In this document: positions 1-8,423 of the stretch, one piece after another
Numbering within the stretch: the first letter of the stretch is position 1
How the letters are laid out: each line of letters opens with the position of its first letter
Source of the DNA: an uncultured Candidatus Nitrosopumilus sp.
GTDB lineage: Archaea; Thermoproteota; Nitrososphaeria; Nitrososphaerales; Nitrosopumilaceae
Direction: 5' to 3'
Assembly (NCBI GenBank): GCA_905479565.1
Contig: CAJQMY010000008.1
Span: 1 to 38,949 of the forward strand
DNA length: 38,949 bases
Notes under the pieces: model-generated
Told to the model about the DNA's origin: nothing
Database searches by the model: none
Seen by the model: the letters and a program-made list of their open reading frames with translations, nothing else
Translations under genes and position numbers: made by a program

Positions 1-812
1 ATTCCAATTTCTAATGCATCAGCAGTCTCTGAGATTGCACACGATAATCCACCACCACCAAGATCCTTCATAGCATGAATTAGTTTATCATTTCTAGCCT
101 CCAAAACAGTTTCAATAATCAATTTTTCGATGAAAGGATCAGGGATTTGAACAGCAGAACGATCTTCAGATTCTAATGAATCAGATGCAAACTGAGAACC
201 ACCAATCCCATCTCTTCCAGTAGAACCACCCATCAATACAACGAAATCACCTTTTTTAGCATGATTTTTTATCAAATTTTCTTTTTTACCAAATCCCAAC
301 GCAGCAACATCAACTAAAGCATAATTTTGATAGCATTCATCAAACTCAACTTCACCACCAATAGTTGGAATTCCTAAACAATTTCCATAATCAGCAATTC
401 CAGTTACTGCATTTTTGAAAAGCCATCTAGCTTGTAAATCCTTTTCAATATTACCAAATCTTAATCCATCAAAAATTGCAATAGGTCTGGTTCCTGCAGA
501 TAAAATATCTCGTATTACTCCACCAACCCCAGTTGCAGCACCACCATAAGGTTCTACAGCTGATGGATGATTATGACTTTCAATATGTGCAGTGACAACA
601 TACCCGTCACCAACATCCAAAACTCCAGAATCATATCCTTTTTCATTAATTACAAGAGGACCATCCATCGGCAACATTTTCAAATGTCTTTTGGATGATT
701 TGTAAGAACAATGTTCAGACCATTCAGCAGCTACAATTTGCAGTTCAGTAGACGTAGGATCTCTACCAATTTTGGATTTTAACTCATTTAGTTCGTGTTC
801 TTCTAAACTCAT
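1..812 (-). CDS. purL: phosphoribosylformylglycinamidine (FGAM) synthase II, N-terminal part; gene continues past the left edge
   Basis: Reverse-strand translation from the ATG at 812 reads MSLEEHELNELKSKIGRDPTSTELQIVAAEWSEHCSYKSSK...DVGDGYVVTAHIESHNHPSAVEPYGGAATGVGGVIRDI, a canonical PurL N-terminus. Its ATG overlaps the purQ stop (ATGA at 809-812). Confidence 0.9.
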   Translation of the reverse strand, partial: MSLEEHELNELKSKIGRDPTSTELQIVAAEWSEHCSYKSSKRHLKMLPMDGPLVINEKGYDSGVLDVGDGYVVTAHIESHNHPSAVEPYGGAATGVGGVIRDILSAGTRPIAIFDGLRFGNIEKDLQARWLFKNAVTGIADYGNCLGIPTIGGEVEFDECYQNYALVDVAALGFGKKENLIKNHAKKGDFVVLMGGSTGRDGIGGSQFASDSLESEDRSAVQIPDPFIEKLIIETVLEARNDKLIHAMKDLGGGGLSCAISETADALEIG

Positions 813-1489
813 TTACTAACACCCGTTTTTGTCAATAGTGATTCAAAGATAAGAGAAGAGGGTTTGTTATCAATTGGATTAATGTCGGATTCAACTGCCC
901 TTTCGGGATGAGGCATCATTCCAACAACATTACCATCCTCGTTACACACCCCTGCAATTCTATTTGAAGAGCCATTTACCACCTCAGAATATCTGAAAAC
1001 AATTTGATTTTTTTCTTTTAATTTTTTCATAGTATCATCATCAACATAATATCTGCCTTCACCATTAGCTATGGGGATTGGAATTTTCTCATTTAATTTG
1101 AATTGATTTGTAAATGGCGTTTGGTTGTTTTCAACAATCAGATTGGTCCATTCGCACATAAAATTCAAGGATTCATTTTTGAGTAATACGCCTGGAAGTA
1201 ACCCAGATTCTACAAGAATTTGAAATCCGTTACATACACCTAAAACAGGAATTCCTTTTTCAGCCATTCTTTTGACATCTTTGATGATTGGGCTATGAGC
1301 TGCAATTACACCAGCTCTTAATCGGTCACCGTAAGAAAATCCTCCCGGAAGAATTACTGCGTCAATATTTTCAGGCAATCCTTTTTCATGCCAAAAATAT
1401 TCCGCATCAAGATGAAATACATCAGTCAATACATGATACATATCACGATCACAATTGCTACCAGGAAAAACCACGACCCCAACTTTCAC
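809..1489 (-). CDS. purQ: FGAM synthase I, glutamine amidotransferase subunit
   Basis: 226-aa ORF. MKVGVVVFPGSNCDRD..., GVCNGFQIL (nucleophile Cys) and MMPHPER (His/Glu) are the class-I GATase/PurQ motifs. It is translationally coupled to purL. Confidence 0.93.
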   Translation of the reverse strand: MKVGVVVFPGSNCDRDMYHVLTDVFHLDAEYFWHEKGLPENIDAVILPGGFSYGDRLRAGVIAAHSPIIKDVKRMAEKGIPVLGVCNGFQILVESGLLPGVLLKNESLNFMCEWTNLIVENNQTPFTNQFKLNEKIPIPIANGEGRYYVDDDTMKKLKEKNQIVFRYSEVVNGSSNRIAGVCNEDGNVVGMMPHPERAVESDINPIDNKPSSLIFESLLTKTGVSK

Positions 1490-1567
1490 AATTCTTCAAA
1501 CATTCAGAGATATTTAATTTGAATCTAGTCCGAGTAAACTCTTATGTATAGAAATTAGTTGATCGCC

Positions 1568-1985
1568 ATGACTCAAGTGAGAGACATTATAGAAAAAATG
1601 TGATTACAATAGATTACAGCAAAAATACACTTGACGCATCAGTAATCTTAAAAGAAAAAGAGATTATCTTTCTTGCAATACTAAAGGAAGGCAAACCCGA
1701 AGGGATTGTTTCAGAGAGAGAGACATTGTAAGAAAAATTGCAGCAAAAGATATCAGATCATCGAAAACTCAACTAGAAGAGATAATGTCTAAGAATTTCA
1801 AATGGGCAGAACCTGAGACAAAGATTGAACATGCAGTTCAAAAGATGCTAAACAACAACATCAGGCGCTTAATCGTGCTTGAAGATGGAAGCCTAGTGGG
1901 AGGGATAACCCAGACAAATCTAACAGAAGTCCTAAGAAGTAAGCTTTTGATTAACGCCACAGTGGACAACGTAAATTCAGAATAA
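1568..1985 (+). pseudogene. CBS-pair domain protein with the reading frame broken twice in this assembly
   Basis: Three successive frames read MTQVRDIIEK / VITIDYSKNTLDASVILKEKEIIFLAILKEGKPEGIVSER / DIVRKIAAKDIRSSKTQLEEIMSKNFKWAEPETKIEHAVQKMLNNNIRRLIVLEDGSLVGGITQTNL. Joined, they give a complete CBS pair of about 140 aa. The breaks fall in an A6 run (1593-1598) and a (GA)n run (1713-1723). Only 1785-1985 is an intact ORF. Confidence 0.7.
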
Positions 1986-1987
1986 AA

Positions 1988-2248
1988 CTAACCTTCAAAA
2001 ACATCGATTGTGACAACACTTACCATTGGATTATAAATTCTCAAATCATCACAGATTTCCCGGATTTTTAATTGGGCAGTTTTTTTGTCATTTTCTTGTA
2101 TTGTAAATTTTAACATCTTTACCGTTTTAATTTTTGAAACTGTTTTGTGAGTTCCTTTGAGAACCAAATCATTAAGGATAGTTTCTCCCTCAGGATCACT
2201 AATTCCAGGCTTGTTTTCTATAGTTACATTGACTTGGAAAGTTGCCAT
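1988..2248 (-). CDS. purS: FGAM synthase PurS subunit
   Basis: 86-aa ORF MATFQVNVTIENKPGISDPEGETILNDL...NPMVSVVTIDVFEG has the size and motifs of PurS (KxGxxDPxG, C-terminal NPxxE-like). It lies next to purQ/purL. Confidence 0.88.
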   Translation of the reverse strand: MATFQVNVTIENKPGISDPEGETILNDLVLKGTHKTVSKIKTVKMLKFTIQENDKKTAQLKIREICDDLRIYNPMVSVVTIDVFEG

Positions 2249-2384
2249 TTACAAGTTGAAAAATGAAATCGCGGTTAATCTATCTTCCGAAGAATTTTGT
2301 GCTTTTATACTTATTTTGAAACATACAACAGGTAACCCTGGTTTGAGGACTTGTGTTGTTAAGATATCGCCAGCCCAGATCAGG

Positions 2385-2822
2385 TTACTTTGAATTCATT
2401 TTTTCCTTAACATGGTCTGTGTAGATTCTGTAAAGGCCGGAGTGATAATTCGGATTTTCAATGATCATTGAATTATTTTTTAAATCTTCTTTTGATAGAT
2501 ACATTTCTTTTTCAAGAATCCCCCTATCATCCAGACTTAAGCAAATGTCTTGCCATGCAAAAACTTCTTTTGGATTTCGATTAGCCGTAGCATAATACAC
2601 ATACAACAATCAAAGCTTGTTGTATTCATCCAGGATCATCTCTTTGCCAAGAACGTATTTTCTTTTCAAAGTTTGAAAATAGATCAAACCTTCTCTAGTC
2701 AACACATAATCAAAGAGTTTAGGATAATCATCAATTTCTACAGGAAATAAAGGGTTTTGTAAATCATCCACAGAGAAATTATGCAAATTAACTATAAAAG
2801 AAGACAAAAAATTGGCAGTCAC
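2385..2822 (-). CDS. hypothetical protein; two same-frame ORFs separated by a single in-frame TGA (2610-2612)
   Basis: ORFs 2610-2822 and 2385-2609 are in the same frame: ...EMILDEYNKL*LLYVYYATANRNPKEVFAWQ.... Neither half has an ATG start (GTG at 2822, TTG/GTG after the stop). I recognise no family. Confidence 0.35.
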
Positions 2823-2865
2823 ATTAAGATGGAATTTATATCAGAATAATTTACAATACTTCATA

Positions 2866-3333
2866 ATGGCAAAAGGCAGAATGAGATACTGGAAAATTAC
2901 ATCTGATGAACTAGGCAGTTACGCATATGATGAAAAGAATTTGCTAAACTGGGAAATCAAATGCATCAGGGAACCAGAAGAGGAGGCTCATTTTATCGGT
3001 GTTTTCATGTACAGGAATGGAACAGCATATGATTATGAATCAGTCAAAGGAATCTGTTATTTTTACAACAACATAGACAGAAAAGAACTCCCAGAGATTA
3101 CCAAATTTCTTCAAGGAAAGTACAACGGTAAAGAAATGGAAAAAGGAGATAGGATAATCCTAAAGGGATCTGATGAAATCTATTCCGCAACAGACATTGC
3201 AAATTTGGCAAAAGAGATGGAGGCAAAATTCAACGTAAAGGCAGTCATATCTTTAGAATTTGGAGGCATCACTGCTGAAGCACTCAAAGAAGCAGGGCTT
3301 CCAGAATCAAAATTGCTACCAATCCCGACATAA
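2866..3333 (+). CDS. hypothetical protein
   Basis: ORF 2812-3333. The first ATG (2866, MAKGRMRYWKITSDELG...) is the most plausible start. Composition looks coding, but I recognise no family. Confidence 0.55.
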   Translation: MAKGRMRYWKITSDELGSYAYDEKNLLNWEIKCIREPEEEAHFIGVFMYRNGTAYDYESVKGICYFYNNIDRKELPEITKFLQGKYNGKEMEKGDRIILKGSDEIYSATDIANLAKEMEAKFNVKAVISLEFGGITAEALKEAGLPESKLLPIPT

Positions 3334-3362
3334 TTATTATAGTTTAGAATTAAAGAAAACAA

Positions 3363-4154
3363 ATGTCCGAATTGGATGGCATCAATCAGCATCTTGAAGA
3401 GCTAAGAAAACGTCTAGTTCGAATTGTAATTGTCATTGGTGCAATTAGCGTATTTTTACTAATGTTTCACGCGGAGCCATTTCAGATTAGCCAATTCACT
3501 TTGTATTATCCGACAATTGAACCAACTCACAACATTGCAGCACAGATTACAAATCATATGAGAATTATGTTAGTACCAGAAAACGTAGATTTAATTCAAA
3601 CTGCACCAGGGCAAGCGTTCTTTGCTCAAATGTATGTTGCAGCACTTGTCGGAATTGTTGTAGGGATGCCGGTAATCATAAAAGAATTAGTAGGGTTCAT
3701 CAAACCGGCATTAAAAGAAAACGAAATCAATGTAAGTAGAAGTATCTCACTGCCCGCATTAGGATTATTCATTGCAGGTTGTGTGTTTTCTTATAATTTT
3801 GTTATTCCGTACATGTTAGACTTTTTGTATAGGTATGGGGAAGGGGCAGGATTAATTACTTTTCTTAACGTGATGGAGTTTGTAACATTTGTATTACAGT
3901 TTTTGTTAGCATTTGGTTTTTCATTTCAACTTCCTCTTGTAATGTATGCAGTATCAGCATCAGGAATGGTTGGCACGGATTTTTGGAGAAAAAACATTAG
4001 ATATGCAATAGTGATCATAGTGATCTTTGGGGCAATAATTACTCCAGATGGAACAGGAGTGACAATGATGTTTGTTGCAGGTCCGATGATTGGATTGTAT
4101 GCAGCAGGCATGATCATAATTGAGCGTAAAAACAGAAAAAAGTCTAACACTTAA
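3363..4154 (+). CDS. tatC: twin-arginine translocase subunit TatC
   Basis: 263-aa polytopic membrane ORF. The N-terminal HLEELRKRL motif and six TM segments are typical of TatC, and tatA follows directly. Confidence 0.9.
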   Translation: MSELDGINQHLEELRKRLVRIVIVIGAISVFLLMFHAEPFQISQFTLYYPTIEPTHNIAAQITNHMRIMLVPENVDLIQTAPGQAFFAQMYVAALVGIVVGMPVIIKELVGFIKPALKENEINVSRSISLPALGLFIAGCVFSYNFVIPYMLDFLYRYGEGAGLITFLNVMEFVTFVLQFLLAFGFSFQLPLVMYAVSASGMVGTDFWRKNIRYAIVIIVIFGAIITPDGTGVTMMFVAGPMIGLYAAGMIIIERKNRKKSNT

Positions 4155-4180
4155 ATCTGAAATAAGCAAGTATTTTGTAA

Positions 4181-4387
4181 ATGCTAGGAACCACTGAGAT
4201 TATCGTATTAGTAGTAGTCATCGGAGTACTGATTTTCGGTGCAAAAAAGATTCCAGAACTGGCAAAAACTTTTGGCAAAGCCAAAGGAGAATTTGAGAAA
4301 GGAAAGATAGAGGCAGATAAAGATCTAAAAGAATTCAAAGAGGAAATCAACAGTAGTTCCAAGGATAAAGAAGTAAAATCAGACTAG
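4181..4387 (+). CDS. tatA: twin-arginine translocase subunit TatA/E
   Basis: 68 aa. It has an N-terminal TM helix followed by FGAKKIPELAKTFGKAKGEFEKG, the TatA hinge/amphipathic-helix signature. Confidence 0.88.
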   Translation: MLGTTEIIVLVVVIGVLIFGAKKIPELAKTFGKAKGEFEKGKIEADKDLKEFKEEINSSSKDKEVKSD

Positions 4388-4812
4388 TTTTCAGAGAGTT
4401 TTGCAAAATCATCTAGCACATCATCATAACTTTGTTTGAAATTGTTTTTTCCAAACATGACTGAAATCTTCATTTTGCATTTGAATTTCAAATCTACATC
4501 CACCAAGACCTTGGTCCCATTTTCAAGCTCGATAAACTCCTGTTTGATTTTACTTCCCTTTGCATCGCCGCCGATTACAATAATTTCATGCAAGATTGGT
4601 TTTTGGGAAACATGCTTTGCCATAATTATCAATTCCATGTTACCTAAAATCAAATGTTCTTCAACTACAGATACATCACCTCGCATAGAACGAACGCGAA
4701 CTGAAGGATAATGTTGTGGAACTATTCTCTGATAGTTTTCAAAGTTTGAGAAAATGTCAAAAACATTTTCTCGATTGCTATTAACAATTTTTTCTAACGA
4801 AAATTTAGGCAA
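4384..4812 (-). CDS. SRPBCC (START / polyketide-cyclase-like) ligand-binding protein
   Basis: 142 aa. The pattern ...VFDIFSNFENYQRIVPQHY...V.V.S...G...VEE.L and the length fit the SRPBCC fold family, and it is paralogous in pattern to ORF 12216-12671. It has a TTG start and lies next to ubiX. Confidence 0.6.
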   Translation of the reverse strand: MPKFSLEKIVNSNRENVFDIFSNFENYQRIVPQHYPSVRVRSMRGDVSVVEEHLILGNMELIIMAKHVSQKPILHEIIVIGGDAKGSKIKQEFIELENGTKVLVDVDLKFKCKMKISVMFGKNNFKQSYDDVLDDFAKLSEN

Positions 4813-4819
4813 TAGTATT

Positions 4820-5380
4820 TTAGAGAGTGCCCCATCTCGGGTATAAATTGTGCTCTATATCAAACTGGTCTAAGCATTTTCCAACACCGTGATTTACTAT
4901 ATCGTCGATTGATTTGGGTTTTGTGTAAAATTCAGTTACAGGAGGCAAAATCACAATACCCAGTCTAGCGAGCTTTAGCATATTTTCCAAATGAATTGCA
5001 GAAAGAGGGGTTTCCCTTACCATCAAAATTAATTTTCTAGATTCTTTAATTGTAACTCCAGCCGCTCTTGCTACCAAAGTGTCATCGTAACCATTTGCAA
5101 TTGCAGACAGTGTTTTCATGCTACATGGTGCCACAACCATCCCATCAATTCTATGAGTGCCACTAGAAACACTAGATGCCATATTTTTTTCATCAGAGAT
5201 ATTTGTGGCAAGAGATTTCACATGTTCGGGAGTAAATTCAGTTTCCATCGAAATGCATTTTTCACCCCATTCAGAAATTACCAGATGAGTTTCAACGTTT
5301 AATTTTTTGAGAGTTTCAAGCATTCGTATTCCATAAATTGCACCAGTGCTGCCAGTAATTCCGATTACAAGTTTCAACAA
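4820..5380 (-). CDS. ubiX: flavin prenyltransferase UbiX/Pad1 family
   Basis: 186 aa. LVIGITGSTGAIYGIRMLETL...VVAPCSMKTLSAIANGY... are typical UbiX flavoprotein motifs. Confidence 0.9.
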   Translation of the reverse strand: MLKLVIGITGSTGAIYGIRMLETLKKLNVETHLVISEWGEKCISMETEFTPEHVKSLATNISDEKNMASSVSSGTHRIDGMVVAPCSMKTLSAIANGYDDTLVARAAGVTIKESRKLILMVRETPLSAIHLENMLKLARLGIVILPPVTEFYTKPKSIDDIVNHGVGKCLDQFDIEHNLYPRWGTL

Positions 5381-5435
5381 TCAATCTTACAATGTACAGT
5401 ATTTTATCTATTAGATAGGCAAGACAAAATTATCA

Positions 5436-5573
5436 CTAGAGGTCAGGTGAATTTTCAGCATCAGATAATTCTTGATCAGCTTTTCTTCTTTTGTACCATA
5501 GGACTATGCCTGCAACAAGCATGACAGGTAGAAGGATTGCGCCAAGTAGTTGCAGTTCAAAATTGTATAACAT
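5436..5573 (-). CDS. small single-pass membrane protein (45 aa), below the ORF-track cutoff
   Basis: Manual translation gives MLYNFELQLLGAILLPVMLVAGIVLWYKRRKADQELSDAENSPDL*. That is one hydrophobic helix, then a KRRK stop-transfer, then an acidic tail. It fills an otherwise empty gap. Confidence 0.4.
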   Translation of the reverse strand: MLYNFELQLLGAILLPVMLVAGIVLWYKRRKADQELSDAENSPDL

Positions 5574-5670
5574 GGTTTGAATGAAATACCAAGTAAAAAA
5601 AATCTATTTAATCAAGTCGATCTGAATAATCAAAAATTAGCTATATTAGATACCAATATGCAGGCACAAT

Positions 5671-6762
5671 ATGATCAAGAGTTCCGAGATTAAGAAAATA
5701 GTCAACGATTATTCCGATGTCAAAATAGGCGTACTTGGCAGTCACTCAGCACTGGAAATAATGGATGGTGCCAAAGATGAGGATTTTCAAACCAGAGTCT
5801 TTTGCCAGAAGGGACGAGAAGGACCTTATCAAAGATTTGGCCGTATTGCAGATGAGATTACAGTTTTAGACAAATTCAAAGATATGGCATCAGCCAAATA
5901 TCAGAAAGAGCTACGGGATTCCAGCACAATCATTGTGCCTCACAGATCACTTACAGTATACTTGGGATACAAAACAATTGAGAATTCATTCAAAGTTCCA
6001 ATATTTGGAAATAGAAAACTATTCCAAGCAGAAGAAAGAACTGCCAGAAAGAGCCAATACTATCTTTTAGAGAAAGCCAGAATAAAGTATCCAAAATTGT
6101 TCAAAGACCCTAGACGAATTAACAAGCCATGCATTGTCAAGGTTCAAGAAAAAAAGAGGCCGCTAGAAAGAGCATTCTTCAACGTATCATCATACAAAGA
6201 TTACGTAACAAAATCTGAAGAGAAAATCAAGCAAGGAATAATTGCCAGAAAGGATCTTGAAAAGGCAAGCATTGAAGAATTGGCAATAGGAACATACATG
6301 AATTTTAATTTCTTCCACACTCCAATTTCAAATCAAGTTGATTTTATCGGAATTGAGAGAAGATTGCAAACCAACATTCATGATTACAATGCGCTTCCGG
6401 CAAAAGAGCAATTAGAAATTGACATTGATCTACAAAATATAGAAGTAGGCCACACTCCTGCAAGCATTAGAGAATCATTACTTGAAAAAGTACTCAAAAT
6501 GGGAGATAAATTTGTGGCAGCAGTAAAGAAAGAATATGCCCCGGGAATTATCGGTCCATTTTCATTACAAAGCGTAATTACAAAGGATTTAGAATTGATT
6601 GTGTATGATGTATCATTAAGGGTTCCAGGAAATCCAATCGTCGCAACAACCAGCCCATATACAAAATATCAATACGGTCAAACATTTGGAGTTGGCAGAA
6701 GAATTGCCATGGAAATTAAAAGGGCACAAGAAGAAGACCGTTTAGATGAAATCGTCACTTGA
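5671..6762 (+). CDS. purP: 5-formaminoimidazole-4-carboxamide ribonucleotide (FAICAR) synthetase, archaeal ATP-grasp PurP
   Basis: 363 aa. IGVLGSHSALEIMDGAKDEDF...GPFSLQ...VYDVSLRVPG matches the PurP family. It sits with other purine genes. Confidence 0.87.
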   Translation: MIKSSEIKKIVNDYSDVKIGVLGSHSALEIMDGAKDEDFQTRVFCQKGREGPYQRFGRIADEITVLDKFKDMASAKYQKELRDSSTIIVPHRSLTVYLGYKTIENSFKVPIFGNRKLFQAEERTARKSQYYLLEKARIKYPKLFKDPRRINKPCIVKVQEKKRPLERAFFNVSSYKDYVTKSEEKIKQGIIARKDLEKASIEELAIGTYMNFNFFHTPISNQVDFIGIERRLQTNIHDYNALPAKEQLEIDIDLQNIEVGHTPASIRESLLEKVLKMGDKFVAAVKKEYAPGIIGPFSLQSVITKDLELIVYDVSLRVPGNPIVATTSPYTKYQYGQTFGVGRRIAMEIKRAQEEDRLDEIVT

Positions 6763-6825
6763 GTGAAATACTAAATCAAACCGATTTCTAAGTAAAATTA
6801 CGCCTAAAATTAAAAAAATGGAGTA

Positions 6826-7737
6826 TTACTCCAATTTCAAAGGAATGTCGGCACTTCCAAAAGTTTCATCGATTCTGAAAGTATAACTCTTTGATGAATC
6901 ATACTCAAACTCAGTTCCGCCATATCCGATATTTGGTCCAAAGAGAATATTGAATTCTCGCGAATCACCAGGATTCAACACGATGGTACCGCTGGTAAAG
7001 TCCATTCCAGAATACTTGAATGCATTTGAGCCATCCCAAACATCATATGCACATATTGACGGACTGGTGCAGTTTATTGCAGTTATTTCGGAGCTAGTAT
7101 TTTCTGCAAGCATGCGCACTGATAGTATGGCCTGTCCTGAAGAGGTTATTTCAAACTCATTTCCCTCAGAGCCTGATCCAAACCAATGATACGTTATCGG
7201 CCCTAGAACAAAGGATTCAGCATCTGCTTTGTATTTGTAAAGCACGATTTCTTTGTCAATTGGTTTTTCACAATCAATTCTTTTGTATGCTTTGACAATT
7301 TCAGAGCATTTCTCTAATTCTGCTTCAAGTGCAGCCAATTCAGAGTCATCAGTGTTTGATTGTACAGATTCAACTTGAATTGGTTCAGAATCCACAGAAA
7401 CTGAAATCAAACCAGATTTTATCAAATGCTGAATTCCATTTACAAATTCACCATCAGTGATGGTTCCATCAGCCCACCATCCAGCATTGTTTTTTACCCA
7501 ATCTGGAACACCATCAGATGTTTCAGATGAGATTGTTGTTGGAGGGACTACAATGATTCCATCAGTTATCAAAAATTCCACACCTGAAATAAATTCAGAT
7601 TCGGTGATAGCTCCATCAGCCCACCATCCAGCATTGTTTTTTACCCAGCTAGGGACCTCTGCATAAGCAGATGATATAGTTGAGGTTACTACTAAAAGTA
7701 GAACAATTGTCGAAATTGCGCCTATTGTTGTTTTCAT
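6826..7737 (-). CDS. secreted protein with two copies of a roughly 35-aa W-rich module (VPxWVKNNAGWWADGxIxxxEF)
   Basis: It has a signal peptide MKTTIGAISTIVLLLVVTSTISSAYA. This is followed by EVPSWVKNNAGWWADGAITESEFISGVEFLITDGII and GVPDWVKNNAGWWADGTITDGEFVNGIQHLIKSGLI, and then a C-terminal beta-rich domain. Confidence 0.75.
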   Translation of the reverse strand: MKTTIGAISTIVLLLVVTSTISSAYAEVPSWVKNNAGWWADGAITESEFISGVEFLITDGIIVVPPTTISSETSDGVPDWVKNNAGWWADGTITDGEFVNGIQHLIKSGLISVSVDSEPIQVESVQSNTDDSELAALEAELEKCSEIVKAYKRIDCEKPIDKEIVLYKYKADAESFVLGPITYHWFGSGSEGNEFEITSSGQAILSVRMLAENTSSEITAINCTSPSICAYDVWDGSNAFKYSGMDFTSGTIVLNPGDSREFNILFGPNIGYGGTEFEYDSSKSYTFRIDETFGSADIPLKLE

Positions 7738-7757
7738 AAGATTTTTTTTCGCTCATC

Positions 7758-7796
7758 ATATTTAACCTAGTGATAATAATTTATTCTAGTGGTAAT
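7758..7796 (-). promoter_or_regulatory. promoter of 6826-7737: TATA (GTTAAATAT) plus proximal and distal 11-mers
   Basis: The plus strand reads atatttaac CTAGTGATAAT (7767-7777) N8 CTAGTGGTAAT (7786-7796). The TATA centre is about 25 nt from the ATG at 7737. A third copy, ATAGTGGTAAA, is at 7817-7827. Confidence 0.55.
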
Positions 7797-7877
7797 TCAG
7801 CAAACCATCGCAAAACATAGTGGTAAAATGAAAAAATTAGTTTTCTGCTTATATGTAAATCAGAAAGAACTTGAAAA

Positions 7878-8411
7878 GTGAATAAAAAACAAGAAAATAT
7901 CAACACATCTGTACAAAAATTAACTGAAAAAGACATCCGAAATTATGTTTTTGAGAGATTTGCAGAAATAAAAAAATCAAATAAAATCAAAGATCTAGTA
8001 TCATTTCAAGCGATGAATAAACACATGATTATGGCTCATAATCAAAATGAATTAAAAAATCTAGGAAATATTGTTGGAAGCCATAAAAAAATAAAATTCT
8101 CAGAAATGTTAGAAGAATATGAAAAACATCTTAAAATTGCATTAGAATCAAACCCAACAATAAAGACACATAGCAATGTAATTTTACATATTTTTGGATT
8201 CTTTTCCAGTAGTTTTAACCAAGTAGAAAAAGAAAAATTTTTTGATTTACTAAAACAGTATAAAGAAGAAGAAATCAACATCGGAGGAATTTTGTCAGAA
8301 ATAAATCCAATTATTTATCGATTAAACAACACATATCTTGCAAATCAAACATATTTTTTATTATATTCAAATCCAAATCCTGGAAATCTATTTAGAATTT
8401 TAAAAAAATAA
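7878..8411 (+). CDS. DUF1722 (YbgA C-terminal domain) protein
   Basis: 177 aa with a GTG start. MAHNQ...THSNVILHIFGFF...EKEKF...LLKQYKEEEI...YLANQTYFLLYSNPNPGNL parallels the E. coli YbgA C-terminal region as I recall it (MAHS...THSNVLQHLSGYL...EQYRLG...YIAKQVYLQPHPENLGLRN). Confidence 0.75.
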   Translation: MNKKQENINTSVQKLTEKDIRNYVFERFAEIKKSNKIKDLVSFQAMNKHMIMAHNQNELKNLGNIVGSHKKIKFSEMLEEYEKHLKIALESNPTIKTHSNVILHIFGFFSSSFNQVEKEKFFDLLKQYKEEEINIGGILSEINPIIYRLNNTYLANQTYFLLYSNPNPGNLFRILKK

Positions 8412-8423
8412 AATAATTTAAAA

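Noticed and set aside
1288-1551. Plus-strand 87-aa ORF
   Set aside because: It is antisense to purQ and extends only slightly beyond it. It has no coding-like features.
2610-2612. In-frame TGA as selenocysteine or programmed readthrough
   Set aside because: I noticed no SECIS-like structure, and the lineage is not known to use Sec. A point error or mutation, or a mis-set gene boundary, is more parsimonious.
3926-4362. Minus-strand ORFs 3926-4150, 3960-4169 and 4144-4362
   Set aside because: They are antisense to tatC and tatA.
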